Source of the DNA: an uncultured bacterium
Lineage (GTDB): Bacteria > Margulisbacteria > WOR-1 > CAVSGV01
Reading direction: 5' to 3'
Length of the DNA: 64,000 bases
Assembly: GCA_963768305.1 (NCBI GenBank)
Contig: CAVYHE010000003.1
Coordinates: 32,001-96,000, forward strand
The position numbers and the translations under genes are program-made. This document shows positions 10,363-23,369 of the stretch, in pieces. The notes beneath the pieces were generated by a model. The model saw only the letters and a program-made list of their open reading frames with translations. It was not told the origin of the DNA and searched no databases. How positions within the stretch are numbered: position 1 is the stretch's first letter; each line of letters starts with the position of its first letter.

Positions 10363-11438
10363 AGATCCTGGACAGGTATATGTTTTTTGAACTGGTGCCG
10401 CCGTTCCTTTTGGGCATAGCCGGTTTCATATTGATAATGATAACGGACCTCCTTTTCACTTATACGGACCTGATAATTAACAAGGGAGTTCCGCTCCTGG
10501 TGATATTGCGGCTGCTCATTTTTAAGTTGCCGGCTATAATGGTGCTCACGTTCCCGGTGGCGACGGTTTTTGCGGTATCCATGGTCTTTTCTTCCATGTC
10601 CAAGGGAAATGAAATGACCGCGCTCAGGACCAGCGGCATAAGCCTGCTCAGGATAAGCGCGCCGGTCATTTTAATAGCGGCGGGAATAAGTTTCCTGTCA
10701 TATTTTACGAACGAATATCTCGTCCCGTGGTCCAACCATACATCGGAAAATATCATAAGAGAGATGTTCCTGCGGCAGCCGCTGCCGGAAATAAAGGAGA
10801 ACGTTTTTTTCCGCGATTCCAGCAACAGGTATTTTTTCGTAAGGAAAGTGGACCAGAAAACGAATAAACTGGAGGACCTCATGATATATGAGATGGGGGA
10901 GGGAAGGTTCCCCCGCGTCATCATCGCAAAGTCCGCCGCATATGACGGAAAGACCTGGCTGCTCGCGGACGGTTTTGTTCACAGATACGATGACGCCACG
11001 GGAAAATTATCATACGAAGCCAATTTCTCCCAGATGCAGCTTCTGGTAAATGAGAATATCACCGATTTCACGGACCAGAAAACGACTTATGAAATGAACA
11101 GCAAAGAGCTCTCAAGCCTTGTTTCCATGCTGAAAAAAGGCGGGCTGGACGCGAAGGTCCTTCTTACCGACCTTTATATGAAAATATCCATTCCTGCCAC
11201 CTGCCTGGTGTTTGCCCTGCTTGGCATACCGTTCAGCCTTCCAGCTGCCCGCTCCGGCAGGGCTTTCGGGCTGGTTTTCTGCGTCGCTCTTATATTTACT
11301 TTTTATGTTGCTGCTTCCGTGTCCAGGTCGCTGGGACACGGAGGAATTCTGGATCCTTTCCTTGCCGCGTGGCTGCCGAACGTGTTCTTCGGCATTCTTG
11401 CAGCAGCTTTGATAATAAAGGAAAATTGCTTCGTCTGA
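10359..11438 (+). CDS. LptF/LptG family LPS export permease
   Basis: MKILDRY, NEMTALRTSGIS, AAWLPN; TM-periplasmic-TM layout. Confidence 0.92.
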   Translation: MKILDRYMFFELVPPFLLGIAGFILIMITDLLFTYTDLIINKGVPLLVILRLLIFKLPAIMVLTFPVATVFAVSMVFSSMSKGNEMTALRTSGISLLRISAPVILIAAGISFLSYFTNEYLVPWSNHTSENIIREMFLRQPLPEIKENVFFRDSSNRYFFVRKVDQKTNKLEDLMIYEMGEGRFPRVIIAKSAAYDGKTWLLADGFVHRYDDATGKLSYEANFSQMQLLVNENITDFTDQKTTYEMNSKELSSLVSMLKKGGLDAKVLLTDLYMKISIPATCLVFALLGIPFSLPAARSGRAFGLVFCVALIFTFYVAASVSRSLGHGGILDPFLAAWLPNVFFGILAAALIIKENCFV

Positions 11439-13819
11439 TGAAAACATCCCGGGAAGATATGAAAAAAGACATGAAGGGATCAGGGTCGGATCCGCAGTAC
11501 ACAATGGAGCTTGGCCTGAGGCATCTTCAGGACGGCGACTTCAAGGAAGCAAGAAAAAAATTCAGGCTGGCTCTTCTTTTCAATCCCCGGCTCGCATCCA
11601 AAGTCGCTCTCATGTATGAGCACATGCTGGACAAAGATCCGGATAATATCAACGCGCGGCTTTCCCTCGCCGATCTTCATTTGTTTCTCGGAGAGGTGGA
11701 CGGCGCCATAAGCGAGCTTCAGGAAATACTGGACATAGCGCCTGAGAGGACCGATGTTTACAATATCCTTGGCAAGCTTTTCATCAAGCAGGGGGACAGG
11801 GACAGCGCAATAGATGTCATTGAGGCGGCTTTCAGGGCGAACGTGAAAGATACCGGTCTGACCGAAATGCTGGCCGGCGCCTATATTGAAAAGAACAGGA
11901 TAGATGATGCGATCCTCCTTTACACGGGCCTTGTCGCCATCGAGCCCGACAATAAAAATTACCTGCGCGTACTGGGCGAGCTTCAGGCAAGGGTGGATCA
12001 CCTTGATGAGGCGGCAAAAAGTTTTTATTCCATGATAAATTCGGACTCAACGTTCGTTCCGGAGGTCATGTACAAGCTGGAGGGGCTGAAAAATAAAGAT
12101 CCCGGGAACATTGCTGTAAAGGAAATGCTCGCGGACGTTTACCTGAAAACCGTCAAGCCGGCTTCCGCGGTGGCCGAGCTGGAAGATGTCCTGGCAATGG
12201 ATCCGAAGTCCGTGGACAGGATCATCTCCAAGTTAAGATCAGCGCTTGGCAAATATCCGGACGAGCCGGCCGCGCTGAAGGCATTGGGACGAGCGCTAAC
12301 ATTGAAGGGAGATTTCAGCGAAGCCGTGGACGAATACAGGAGGCTCATGAACCGCGACGCCGGCAGAATAGATGAGGCAATTTCCGGACTTAAGGATATA
12401 CTGGCAAAATTCCCCGGCCAGGCGCACGCGCATGATAGCTTAAGCGAAGCATATCTTCGCACGGGGAGGACGGAAGAAGCTCTTCATGAATATCTTGAAC
12501 TGCTAAGGCTGAACCCGCTCTCCGCGAAGACCGTTATCGAGAAGGTCCATAAGATCGTAAATGAGTCGGCGAACAATATACTTGCGCGCCAGGTCCTCGG
12601 TCAGGCTTATATCCTTGCAGGTGAAGGAAAACCAGCCATAGAAGAAGCGGAATACATGATCTACCTGGACAAGAATTATGCTCCGGCTTATCAGATACTG
12701 GGAGAAGCTTACCTGATGACCGGGAATTTCCTCAGATCCCAGAGCGCGTTCATATCGTCAATAAACCTGGACCCGTACAATATCCTGCTCCATAAAAGAT
12801 ATGAGGAATCTTCCAGGGCACTGTTGAAAGAGGAGCTTGAAAGGCTGCAAAAGAGGATAGATGAAGATCCGTGGAGGCTGGGAGCACATCTGGACATTTC
12901 CAAAGCATATTTGATGCTGAGGGACTTTGACAACGGCATAAAGGAGCTTCAGATCGCCGTGAAGGATTCCGCCAGAGCGCCGTTCGCATACAATCTTCTG
13001 GGGCAGACTTTCATGGAATCCGGAAGGTTCGATCTGGCAGCCATGCAGTTCGAGCGCGCGCTTGAGGTGGTCCCGGACGAGCTGAGCGATGTTGCAAAAA
13101 CGATAAGGTTCAATCTTGGCTCATCCAACGAGGCAGCGGGGAATATCAATGCCGCGCTGGCTGAATACGAAAAATTATATGCCGAAGACATGGAATTCCC
13201 CGGTCTTGGATCAAGGATAAAGGGGCTTTCGGGCCTTACCGCCGAATCCCAGAGAAATAAAATGATCTCGGCCGTGCTTGAGAGGTACGGAGGGAACGAT
13301 ATCATCGGCGCGTGGGGCCACGATGCCAGACGGGGAGAGCACGGGGACCCGCTCAATATATCCTTCGGGCAGGAGCATAATGACGCCGGTTTTGACGATT
13401 TCATAAAAGCAAGGTACAAGAACGCAGCGGATGAATTCGAGCTCGCGGTCCAGCTGGACCCCAATTTCACGGCCGCTCTGAACAATCTTGCCGTCATGTT
13501 CATGAGGGAAAAACACTTTGAACAGGCTGAGACGCGGCTCCAGTATGTGTTGTCCATGGATCCCGGGAGCGCCGTAGCGCGCAATAACATGGGCGTTTGC
13601 CATTTTCTCCGCGGTCAGATAGAACCGGCGGTAACGGAATTCAACAAGGCAATAGAGCGCGACCACGGCCTTTCTGCGGCATACATAAATCTCGGTGACA
13701 TAATGTATTCGAAAGGGCTTGCGAAGAACGCTATCGCGCTTTGGGAAAAGGTAAAAACTGGGGATCCGTTGTCTCCCGTTGCTTCGCGCCGGTTGTCTTA
13801 CAAGACCGTCAAAACCTGA
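11438..13819 (+). CDS. large tetratricopeptide-repeat protein
   Basis: Many TPR motifs (e.g. YNILGKLF, AYNLLGQTF, ALNNLAV, AYINLGD); ATG overlaps the upstream TGA. Confidence 0.88.
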   Translation: MKTSREDMKKDMKGSGSDPQYTMELGLRHLQDGDFKEARKKFRLALLFNPRLASKVALMYEHMLDKDPDNINARLSLADLHLFLGEVDGAISELQEILDIAPERTDVYNILGKLFIKQGDRDSAIDVIEAAFRANVKDTGLTEMLAGAYIEKNRIDDAILLYTGLVAIEPDNKNYLRVLGELQARVDHLDEAAKSFYSMINSDSTFVPEVMYKLEGLKNKDPGNIAVKEMLADVYLKTVKPASAVAELEDVLAMDPKSVDRIISKLRSALGKYPDEPAALKALGRALTLKGDFSEAVDEYRRLMNRDAGRIDEAISGLKDILAKFPGQAHAHDSLSEAYLRTGRTEEALHEYLELLRLNPLSAKTVIEKVHKIVNESANNILARQVLGQAYILAGEGKPAIEEAEYMIYLDKNYAPAYQILGEAYLMTGNFLRSQSAFISSINLDPYNILLHKRYEESSRALLKEELERLQKRIDEDPWRLGAHLDISKAYLMLRDFDNGIKELQIAVKDSARAPFAYNLLGQTFMESGRFDLAAMQFERALEVVPDELSDVAKTIRFNLGSSNEAAGNINAALAEYEKLYAEDMEFPGLGSRIKGLSGLTAESQRNKMISAVLERYGGNDIIGAWGHDARRGEHGDPLNISFGQEHNDAGFDDFIKARYKNAADEFELAVQLDPNFTAALNNLAVMFMREKHFEQAETRLQYVLSMDPGSAVARNNMGVCHFLRGQIEPAVTEFNKAIERDHGLSAAYINLGDIMYSKGLAKNAIALWEKVKTGDPLSPVASRRLSYKTVKT

Positions 13820-13822
13820 GCC

Positions 13823-16123
13823 GTGGCGAGAAATATAATCCTCGCGGCCTGCCTTCTCTTTTTTTTATGTATCCCGTCGCTTTGTGAGGAAATGCCCGTC
13901 AGGGTAAAAGCCGAAAACCTTGATTTTAACCAGGAAGCCGGGCTTATTACGGCATCAGGGAGCGTTGAGATCCGTTTTGAAGGCATAACCATCGAATCCG
14001 ATTCCGCCAGGATAGACACGAATGCGAATATCGCCACAGCCGAAGGGCATGTGAATATCCATCGTGCCGGTTACAATATCTTATCTTCAGGACTGACATA
14101 CGATATTTCCGGCGAGACTGCGGTCGTCCTGGACCTTAAGACCGTGTTTTACCCCGCAGGGATCAACGCTAACTTTTATGTCGGCGCCGAAAAACTTACG
14201 GACCTGCCCGACAAGAAGATGGGCGAGAACGGCTCCCTTACCACCTGCGATTATGCGAAGCCTCACTATCACGTGAATTGCAGATGGTTCGATTATTATC
14301 CGGATGACAAGCTGGTGGGATACTGGGCTTTATTATATGTGGGCGATGTTCCCACTCCTGTACTCACGCCATATTTTATTTATGATATAAAGAAAAAAAG
14401 GAGCCCATACAGCTTTGTTTACGGGGAGAACGATGTCGAAGGGAAATTCCTGAAGACCTCGTTCGATTATTTCATAAATAACAGCGCGAACGGGGTTTTC
14501 TATTTTGACACGACGCAGATAAAGGGGCCGGGCTACGGGTTTTCCCATGATTATATCTTAAATCCGCAATAATTCTGGCAACCTTTATTATTACTGGATG
14601 AATGAACAGGACACGAAATTGAACGATTACGTGGTCAAAGCTGAACCATGTCATCGACCTGGATAAGTATTCAAAATTGACGCTTACGCATGATTCTGAA
14701 TTCATGTATCAGGTGCCTTCCGGGAGGAAGGACGGGACAAGCTCAACGGTCGGCTATACCATGAACAACGGGTTAGCAAAATCTTGCCGCGAACTACAGC
14801 GCTTCCGAGGACAAATTTACTTTCCAGAATTCGCAGGCGTTCAACATCACCAATAAGATCGGCAGTTACAATACCGGCTTTTCCTGGGATGAAAGCGAAA
14901 GCGAGACCGGGCCGAAATGGAAAAATTCGCACGACCGGTTCTTTCACGAGCAGTCCCTTTTTACCGATGACGCGAAGCTTTCTTTGAACGTGAATTATTC
15001 CAGTTATGCTACGGATGAAGGCGTTCCCGCGGATGAAATACTTAAGCCGACGATCGATCTCACGTATAAAGGGGCTTTCTATTCTTTGAAGGTTACCGAG
15101 GACTGGTATGTGGACCCGGACGGAAATAAATTCACGGATGATAATACTTACAGCTATCTGGAAAAGCTTCCGGAGATCTCTCTGGGCTTTAATCCGATCG
15201 ATCTTAAGTACTGCATTTTGAACCTCGGCCTCGGCGCCGCCAGGTACCATGAAGCGCAGTATATTTCAGCTTATTCCAGGATGAGGAACATGACCGCGAA
15301 CAGATATTCGCTTTTAGCGGGGCTTTCCAGGACGGACAACCTGGGGTTCGGGACATATTTAAGATCAGGCGTCGGCGTCAATCAATACGCCTATGATACG
15401 GGCGACCAGAGATACCAGCTGACGGAATCATTGAACATGGGGACCGATCTGGGGGGATTTTTCAGGAACAGCGCGGACTGGGGAAGGACAAAAGTCGACG
15501 GCAATTCGCCGTTCATCTTTGAAACCCTGGGAAGCGAGTCCGAGTATATAAAAGATAAGATCACCCTTTATTACCAGAACAAGGTGACATTCGATATCTC
15601 CGGAGGGTATAACTACCAGAACAGCACTTATGATGATATCATATCCAACCTGTCCGTTATTCCCAATGAAAAATTATCCTTGAATATGTCGGGCGGCTGG
15701 AGCATTGAGAACCAGATGTACAGGGACCTTTCGGCGGGGCTGACCTTCGCGCCATGGCCGACATTCGTCAATACAGGGAACATAGTATATGACCTTAACA
15801 GCGGGACCATTAATTCCGCGAACACTCTTGTCGACCTGGAAGTGGGGGACACATGGGAGAACAGGTGGCATTTCAAGATGGGGCATGTCTATGATCCTTC
15901 CACGGATACTTTAACCCTTGCGGACCTTGCGATCGTAAAAGATCTTCATTGCTGGGAAGCCGTTTTCACATATAATAATTACTTAAAGGAATACCGGTTC
16001 GGCTTGACGCTGAAGGCTTTCCCGCAGTTTCCGCTGTCTTATGTTTCAAGCCCGAACGGCAGCTATTTCAACAGTTTCATGGATAACATGCATTTTGAGC
16101 AGGAATCGCCGAGGAGAGACTAA
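13823..16123 (+). CDS. lptD: LptD-like LPS assembly protein (several frameshifts ~14570-14985)
   Basis: Signal peptide, OstA-like N-terminus (ITASGSVEI, ATAEGHV), LTTC...PHY, beta-barrel C-terminus with DLHCW; next to lptF/G. Confidence 0.8.
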
Positions 16124-16803
16124 TGAACAACAAAATAAATTAAATTCGAATTTGCGAAACAATTGCAGTTCATTTCGGATTTAATTTGTCATTTTCACTG
16201 GTTCATTGCCGTGGTATACTTTCCGGCTGCGCGCAAACGGTGACGCCTGTCTTCAAGGCCGGGAAATATATCACGATAGAGATAGATTTCAAGGGAAATA
16301 TCGACACGATCCAGAATAAATATTATATGTTCTTCAATAATAACGCGGCGCCGCAGATCCCGTTCATGCCTATCCAGATGGTCGAGCCGGGCGATACTCC
16401 GTCCCAGCCGGACGTGGATTATTACGGCCAGTATTATTCCACATGGAAAAACTTCATCGTCCTGGACGGCAACGCTTTCTCGCTCGTGAAAGGGCCGTAC
16501 ACTTCCGAAGCGGTGCCCACCAGGGAAGTCCTTGCCACATGGAGCGGCGCAGATTCAAAACAGATACTTATTTCTTTTGACATCAGCAAGCTGGGGGCGC
16601 TTACGGAGAGGCTGAATTTCGATTTCGTCACGGTTGACAAAGCAACCAAACTGGTCGATGATAACTTGTCACCCTTGAACAGTTCTCCATCCACGAATTA
16701 CGTGTATACGATATCCAATTCGATCGCGTCCGGAACCGATGAGGTAACTACCGGAATAAGCTCAAGCGAAGATATCCTGAACTGGAAGGTAATGGTGCAA
16801 TGA
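16123..16803 (+). CDS. hypothetical lipoprotein (5' end frameshifted)
   Basis: Lipobox LSGC; ATG 16123 overlaps the lptD stop; beta-rich mature part in ORF 16186-16803. Confidence 0.65.
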
Positions 16804-18174
16804 ACGATCTAATATTATCGGTCATTTCGGGTTTCCTTTTGATCCTGGCATTCCCGAAATTCGGGCTGTATCCTCTTGCTTACGTTGCGCTTGTTCCGTT
16901 ATTGATATCGATTAAAAGGTCCAGATCGGTAATTCATGCTGCGTTTTTCGGTGCCCTGTTCGGCGTTATATTTTTCGGCGGCGTACTTTTTTGGATGAAC
17001 ACGCTCTCCAGATGGGCCGGGCCTATGGGCGACATTTGCATGGATATCTCTTGCTGTTTTCCAGGCGGTATTTATTGCAATATTTGCCGGAGCATCCAAA
17101 TATCCTTCAAAGTATTCGCATAAACTTCGATATCATTCTTATCCCTTTTTCTGGATAGCCGTTGAATGGATAAGGTCGCTTGGGCCTTTCGGCGTTACCG
17201 GCGGCGGGCTGGGATATTCGCAGGCCGATTTTCTGCCGATCTTGCAGCTTGCAGGTTTCGCGGGTGTTTACGGTATTTCTTTTTTGGTTGTTCTTGTAAA
17301 TGAAGCTGTTGCTGAATTTGTCATGGATAAGAATATCAAGGTTTTAGCTGCAGCTTTACTGATATTGATCATGGTTATCAGCTTCGGGCAATACAAAATA
17401 AACACATTCAAAGATAAAGGCAAAGAAATAAAGATCGCGGTTGTGCAGGGCAATATCCCTCAGGACACAAAAATGGATTTCCGCAGCGTCTATGCGATCG
17501 TAGATGAACATGTAAGATTGAGCAAAAAAGCTCTGGCCGATAAGCCTGAGATCATCATCTGGCCTGAAACGGCTGTCACGACATATCTCTTCGATTCAGC
17601 AAGGATCCATTCGCAGATCGTTGGTTTGGTTGAAAAAAGCCGCGCGTACTATTTGATCGGCACGCCTTACAGGGAAGGGGACAAGATATACAATTCGGTC
17701 GTTGCTTTTTCAAAGAACGGAGAGTTCATCGGCAGATACAACAAGCAAAGGCTCGTTCCGTTCGGGGAATATCTGCCGCTTCGGCCGCTTCTGTATCCTG
17801 ATCCTGAAAAATATGTCACTTTTTGAAAAAGACTATAACTCCGATCAGGATCCGAAAATGATCGATCTCGGCATTGCGAAAGTCGGCGCGGTAATATGCT
17901 TTGAATCCACTTTTCCTTATATGGTCAAGGATAAGATAAAAAAAGGCGCCCAATTCATCCTGGTCGCGACCAATGACGCATGGTTCTTCGATTCAGCGGC
18001 GCCGTATCAGCATATTGAGGCTGCCCGGATGCGCGCGGTAGAGAACGGGGTTTATGTGGTTCAGGCGGCGAACACGGGGATATCCGCCATAATCGATCCT
18101 TTGGGGCGCGTCGTGAAAAGGTCGAATGTCGGGCAGACAGCGGATCCTTTCAGGCGAGATATACGATTCACTGA
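16800..18174 (+). CDS. lnt: apolipoprotein N-acyltransferase (multiple frameshifts)
   Basis: VQGNI, WPETA, KQRLVPFGEYLP, ICFES, TNDAWF, ANTGISA. Confidence 0.92.
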
Positions 18175-19258
18175 GCTGATTTGTTCAGGATCCACAATCC
18201 GATGCCGCCGGTTATGATATTCGGCAGCCAGGCGGAGATCATCGGCGATATTATCCTTAATTCTCCGATCGCCATCGTCACAAATGTCAGGAAATAATAG
18301 AAGAACACTATCAGGACCGAAAGCCCGAGGCCTATGGATGAAGAGCTTCTCTGCGGCGACAGCCCGAGCGGAGCTCCAAGAAGGACGAACACAAGGCATG
18401 AGAAAGGTATCGCTCCTTTCAGATAATATTGGATAAGGAGATCTATGGTTTCCTCGTCCCATCTTTTTCTTCAGCGCGATGAACTTCTTCAGTTCGGACA
18501 TGTTCATTTCCTCGGGTTTCCTGTCGCCCATGTAAAAATCCGCGGGAGTGTATTTGATGGTCATGTACTGCTCCTTAAATTTGATCAGATGCTTGTATTC
18601 ACCCGTGTCGGACAAAAGATAAACTATGCCGTCGGAAAAAAGCCACGTGTTCTTGTCTTTGTTCCCATACAGCTTCTTTGGCGTTAGTTATCTCGAAAGC
18701 TTGCCGTCCGTAAATTCCTCCACGACGACATTTTCCATGATGTTCCCGTTGATGCTCCCCGCAAAATACATCCTTTTCAGGACATCATTTTCAACTTCGG
18801 GGATGAGGACGTTCTTCTGTATCTTCGGATTTTTCCTTGCCTGGGATTCCATCATCAGAGTGGTCGCGGCGAGATTTGCCTTCGGAACGATAACTTCATA
18901 GCATAACAGAGTTAATAGGCTTACCGCAAGTCCGAATGCAAGGACCGGAACAATGATCCTGTATAAGCTTATGCCGCCAGCTTTGAAAGCGACTATTTCG
19001 CTTTGCGAAGAAAGTCTTGCGAAAGACAAAAGCGCCGCAAGGAGAGTTGCCATCGGGAAAATATACACGGCCGTGCCCGGAAGCCTGTAGATGAATACCT
19101 GGACGGCGGCCAGCAAAGGCATGCCCCGCACGACCACGGCGCGCACAAGGTCAAAAAGTATCATGCTCGCCGAGAGGATGGCCGTGAACGCGCCCAGCCC
19201 GAAAAGGAACGGGTCAAAAAGTTCCTTGATGATGTATCGGTCGATGTATCTTTATCAT
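18168..19258 (-). CDS. second LptF/LptG family permease (multiple frameshifts)
   Basis: SEIVAFKAGGIS, EEMNMSEL, LLGAPLG, SAWLPN across ORF fragments. Confidence 0.88.
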
Positions 19259-19974
19259 TACATCCTGAATTCTTCGCCGAGGTAAAGCCTTTTTGCGGTT
19301 TCGTCCTTGGCTATGCTGCTGCTTGTGCCCGACAGGAGCACTTTGCCTTTGTGTATTATGTAAGCGCGGTCGGTTATTTCCAGGGTTTCCCTGACATTGT
19401 GGTCCGTGATCAGGACTCCGATGCCTTTTTCCTTCAACATCTTGATTATTTTCTGCAGGTCGAAAACTGTCTTTGGATCCACGCCCGTGAACGGCTCGTC
19501 AAGAAGAAGGAATGACGGATTTGTTGACAAGCGCCCTGGCTATTTCAACTCTCCTGATTTCACCGCCGGAAAGCTCGTAGCATTTCCTCTTTTTTAAGTG
19601 CGTTATGCCCAGCTCCTCAAGTATGGAATCCAGGCTTCTCAGGCTCGGCTTTTTGCGGCGTCAGCTCCCTCAGGACAAGTATGTTCTCCTCCACCGTCAG
19701 TTTCCTGAAGACCGATTGTTCCTGAGGAAGATATCCTATGCCGCTCTGCGCCCTCATGTGCATGGGGATGTTCGTCATGTCCTCGTCCCCCATGAAAACC
19801 TTCCCGGAATTCGGCTTCACTATGCCCGACCACCATATAAAAAGTGGTGGTCTTGCCGGCGCCGTTGGGGCCCAGAAGCCCGACTATCTCTCCCTGGTTA
19901 ACCTCTATCGAAACTTCGTCCACGACCCTTTTACCGTGATATTCCTTCACCAGTTTGTCTGTTTTTATATGCAA
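19258..19974 (-). CDS. lptB: LPS export ABC ATPase (frameshifted)
   Basis: [49 protein letters not shown]. Confidence 0.93.
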
Positions 19975-19986
19975 GTTTCATTCCTC

Positions 19987-21001
19987 CTATGAATTAGTAA
20001 TTTAATCAGTTCTTCCAGCTTCTTGTAAGCGGCTCCGCTCTCAATGGCCGTCCTTGCTCTCAATATTCCGTCATTCATGTCCTTTGCAATATGCCCGACC
20101 ACGAGCGCTGCAGCGGTATTCAGAAGGACAATGTCCCTTTTCGCGCCGGTTTCCGCGCCTTTCAGGATATCGTTGGTGATCTTGATGTTATCGTTGACTG
20201 GTCCCGCCCAGGATCTCTGCTTTGACATACCTTCTCATCCTGAAATTCTTCGGCTCGATGAAATAATTCTTTATGATGCCGTTCTTAAATGGGAGACTTT
20301 GGTCTTGTCGGATACCGATATCTCATCCAGGCCGTCCATTCCGTGGACCACCATGACTTCTGTCGAGCCCAGATTTTGAAGCGTAGAGCGCCATCAGCTC
20401 GGTTAATCTTCGGGCTGAATACGCCGAGCAATTGATTCTTGGCTCCCGCGGGATTTGTAAGCGGCCCGAGGATATTGAATATCGTCCTTATGCCGATCTC
20501 TTTCCTTGAGGGACCGGCGTATTTCATGGCAGGGTGGAAAGCGGGGGCGTATATGAAACCCATGCCGATCTCGTCAATGCATTTCGCGACCATATTCGGC
20601 GCAAGTTCAATTTTACTCCCATTGCTTCCAGGATGTCCGCGCTGCCGCACTTGCTTGAGACGGAACGGTTGCCGTGCTTTGCTATCTTTGCGCCTGCCGC
20701 TGCGGCGACTATCGCTGAAACCGTTGAGATATTGAAAGTTCCCGAAACATCTCCTCCGGTCCCGCAGGTATCAACAAGGTCTTCGTACTTTGTATGTATC
20801 TTGACCGAATTTTCCCTCATTTTTGAGGCAAAGCCGGTAACTTCATCCGCGCGTTTCGCCCTTGATCCTTAGGGCGGTGATAAGGCAGGCTATCTGGGAT
20901 GGGGTGGCTTCTCCGCCCATTATCTCTCCCATGACTGCGGATGCTTCTTCCAGTGAAAGATCCGATGCCTTCAACGACTTTTTTATCGCGTCTTTTATCA
21001 T
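19987..21001 (-). CDS. trpD: anthranilate phosphoribosyltransferase (multiple frameshifts; 3' end approximate)
   Basis: [43 protein letters not shown]. Confidence 0.92.
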
Positions 21002-21248
21002 TTAATGTCCTTTTGTGCCGCATGATGAGCACACTCCGCTGGTAGCAGGAAGAGCATGAGCCGCTGTTTTCCATTCCTTCGTGGCTAAGGGTATCGGATA
21101 TCGAGGAACCTCTCATGAATACATTGAATTTCCTGAATGTGTTGGCGCTCCGGCAAACGGGGCAATTCGGCTGAACGGCCTCGTTCATTCCTTTTTCGAT
21201 CTCAAATATCCCTTCGCAGTCCTTACATATATAATCATAAAATGCCAT
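21002..21248 (-). CDS. FmdB-family zinc ribbon protein
   Basis: YDYICKDC..FE...CPVC; Cys/Ser tail restored by one frameshift near 21045. Confidence 0.82.
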
Positions 21249-21353
21249 GAGGACATTATACAATAATAAAACGAACGCAGTGAAAGGCGGAGGCTAAAGG
21301 AAGGTGCTTATTTATGATAAAAAATATGATAGAATACGTTCGAGTTCATAAAA

Positions 21354-23352
21354 ATGTTTAATTTATTTATTTCATTTATTGCTAACGAGGATACTTTATT
21401 CGGCCATCTTTTGGATGTGGCCATGCTGCTTTTCATACTCTACTTATGTTATCTTTTTGCGGAAAAATTCTTCTCCAAATATATCAAGTTCGACTCCTCT
21501 TCCGCGATCGAAAGGTTTGTTTTTCTTGAAGGGTTGGGTTTGGTGCTTTTTTCTTACGTGATCTTTCTGATCGGGATGCTGAAGATCTTGTATAACTGGG
21601 TTTTTGTCCTGCTTATTTTAATGGTCTTTCTCCTTGTTCTGGACAGGATAGCGGACAATATTAAATGCGCTAAAACGGTCGTTCGCCGAAAAGATCGGAT
21701 CCCTTCATCTGTCCAGGCTTGAGTCCGTTCTTCTTTCATTATGGGCGGTATATTTGTTCTTCTTTTATATCATTGAGAATTTTCTGGGCGGCCATTATAT
21801 CTGGGACGATCTTTTGTATCATTTTGCCGTGCCCAAGCTTTACATTGAACATCATCAAATATACAACAACCCCCTCAATATGCGAAGCTACTGGATCATG
21901 GCGCTGCATATGTTCTATTTGTTCGGTCTCACCATAAGGGGCGTGATCCTGGCAAGAGGTTTTCAGATTTCTTTTGCATTTCTTACAGCGCTGGCATTAT
22001 ATTCGTTTTCCAGGCGTCACTTCCCCCGCTGGGTCGCCTTACTGGCAAGTTTGGCGTTCATTGCAGATCCTTCCATTATGCCTGTATCTACGGTCTTTGT
22101 TGAAATCGGTTCGGGCTTTTTTGAATTTTTGGCTTTGTATGCTTTCATACTGTGGGCAGAGGAAAAAAAGGATAACTGGCTTGTCCTCTCCGGCATTTTC
22201 TGCGGAATGGCCATTGGGATGAAGTATACCGGCGCCTTTTGTTTTATTGCCGTTTTTCTGCTGATACTGTTATACTGGTACAGGAACAGAGCCTCCATTC
22301 CTTTGATAGAAATCTCCAAGAAGGTCATCTTCTTCTCTTTTGTCGCGTTCCTGGTCTCATTTATCTGGTATTTGAGGAATTATATCTATTGCGGCAATCC
22401 TGTATTCCCTTTCCTTAATAATTTTTTTAAAAGTCCTTACTGGTTCCAGCATTTTGAGACCGCGGATTATACCGGATTTACCATGGGTTATAGTCCCATA
22501 AAACTCCTGCTGTTGCCCTGGAATGTTTACATTTTTAACCCTCTATTCGGACATTCTTTGAAAGGTATAGTATTTATCACATTCCTTCCCTTGCTTTTTC
22601 TCCTGCCTTTTGTGAAAAAGGACAGGTTCCCTTCCGCGGTCCAGTACCTCATGGGCTATTTCTTTATCCGCTTTTTTATTTTTGCATTTTCCACTCATTA
22701 CTCAAGATATTTTTTGCCTGTATATGCCGAGCTTGCCGTCCTATTCGCCTACACCATATATGAGCTGTCCCGTCTCCTGCCGGGATATTCCTCAAAAGTA
22801 TTGACGGGGATTGCCGTCCTGATGGTGACGTTAAATCCCTTTTTATGTATATTTTCCAGAGGCTATGGTTTTCCCGGCGTTCCGATCCAGATCTCAGCCC
22901 AGGCCAATGAAATAGGGACAAGCTTGAGACAGTCTCTAGGCCTTTTGACGGAAACGCAGCTTTATTTGAACTATCCCGAGGATACATATTCGGGAGGATT
23001 CGCCGCAGCCCGATATGTTAACAGCCAATTGCCAAAGAATTCAAAAATATTCCTTATGTGGACCGAATTCGGTTTTTGGTATGACGGGGATTATATATAT
23101 GATTGCGACTATTTACCGGAGCAAGGGATCCAGGTCAGGAATACTTTTTACCGCAGTTTTTATCCCGATATCTGGACCGAGAATTTTTACCGGCTCCTAA
23201 AACAGCTTAAGATCACCCATGTAGTCTTTAATTTCCGCAGCCCGGCAACAGAACACATTAACATTAAACCCCAGGAGTTCTTTGCTTTTCAAGCAAAACA
23301 TTTAAAAATGATCTTTAACTACCGGAATGTGGAAGTGTATGAACTTTTATAA
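21354..23352 (+). CDS. polytopic GT-C/PMT-like membrane glycosyltransferase (frameshifted near 21700-21750)
   Basis: More than 10 hydrophobic helices; WDDLLYH, GMKYTG, WYLRNY..GNPVFP, RYFLP; AT-richer than flanks. Confidence 0.7.
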
Positions 23353-23369
23353 GAGGCAAATAAAATATC

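Noticed and set aside
20817..21263. 148-aa FmdB ORF extending into trpD
   Set aside because: A frameshift near 21045 hides the SCSSC..G.CSSC tail and the stop at 21002.
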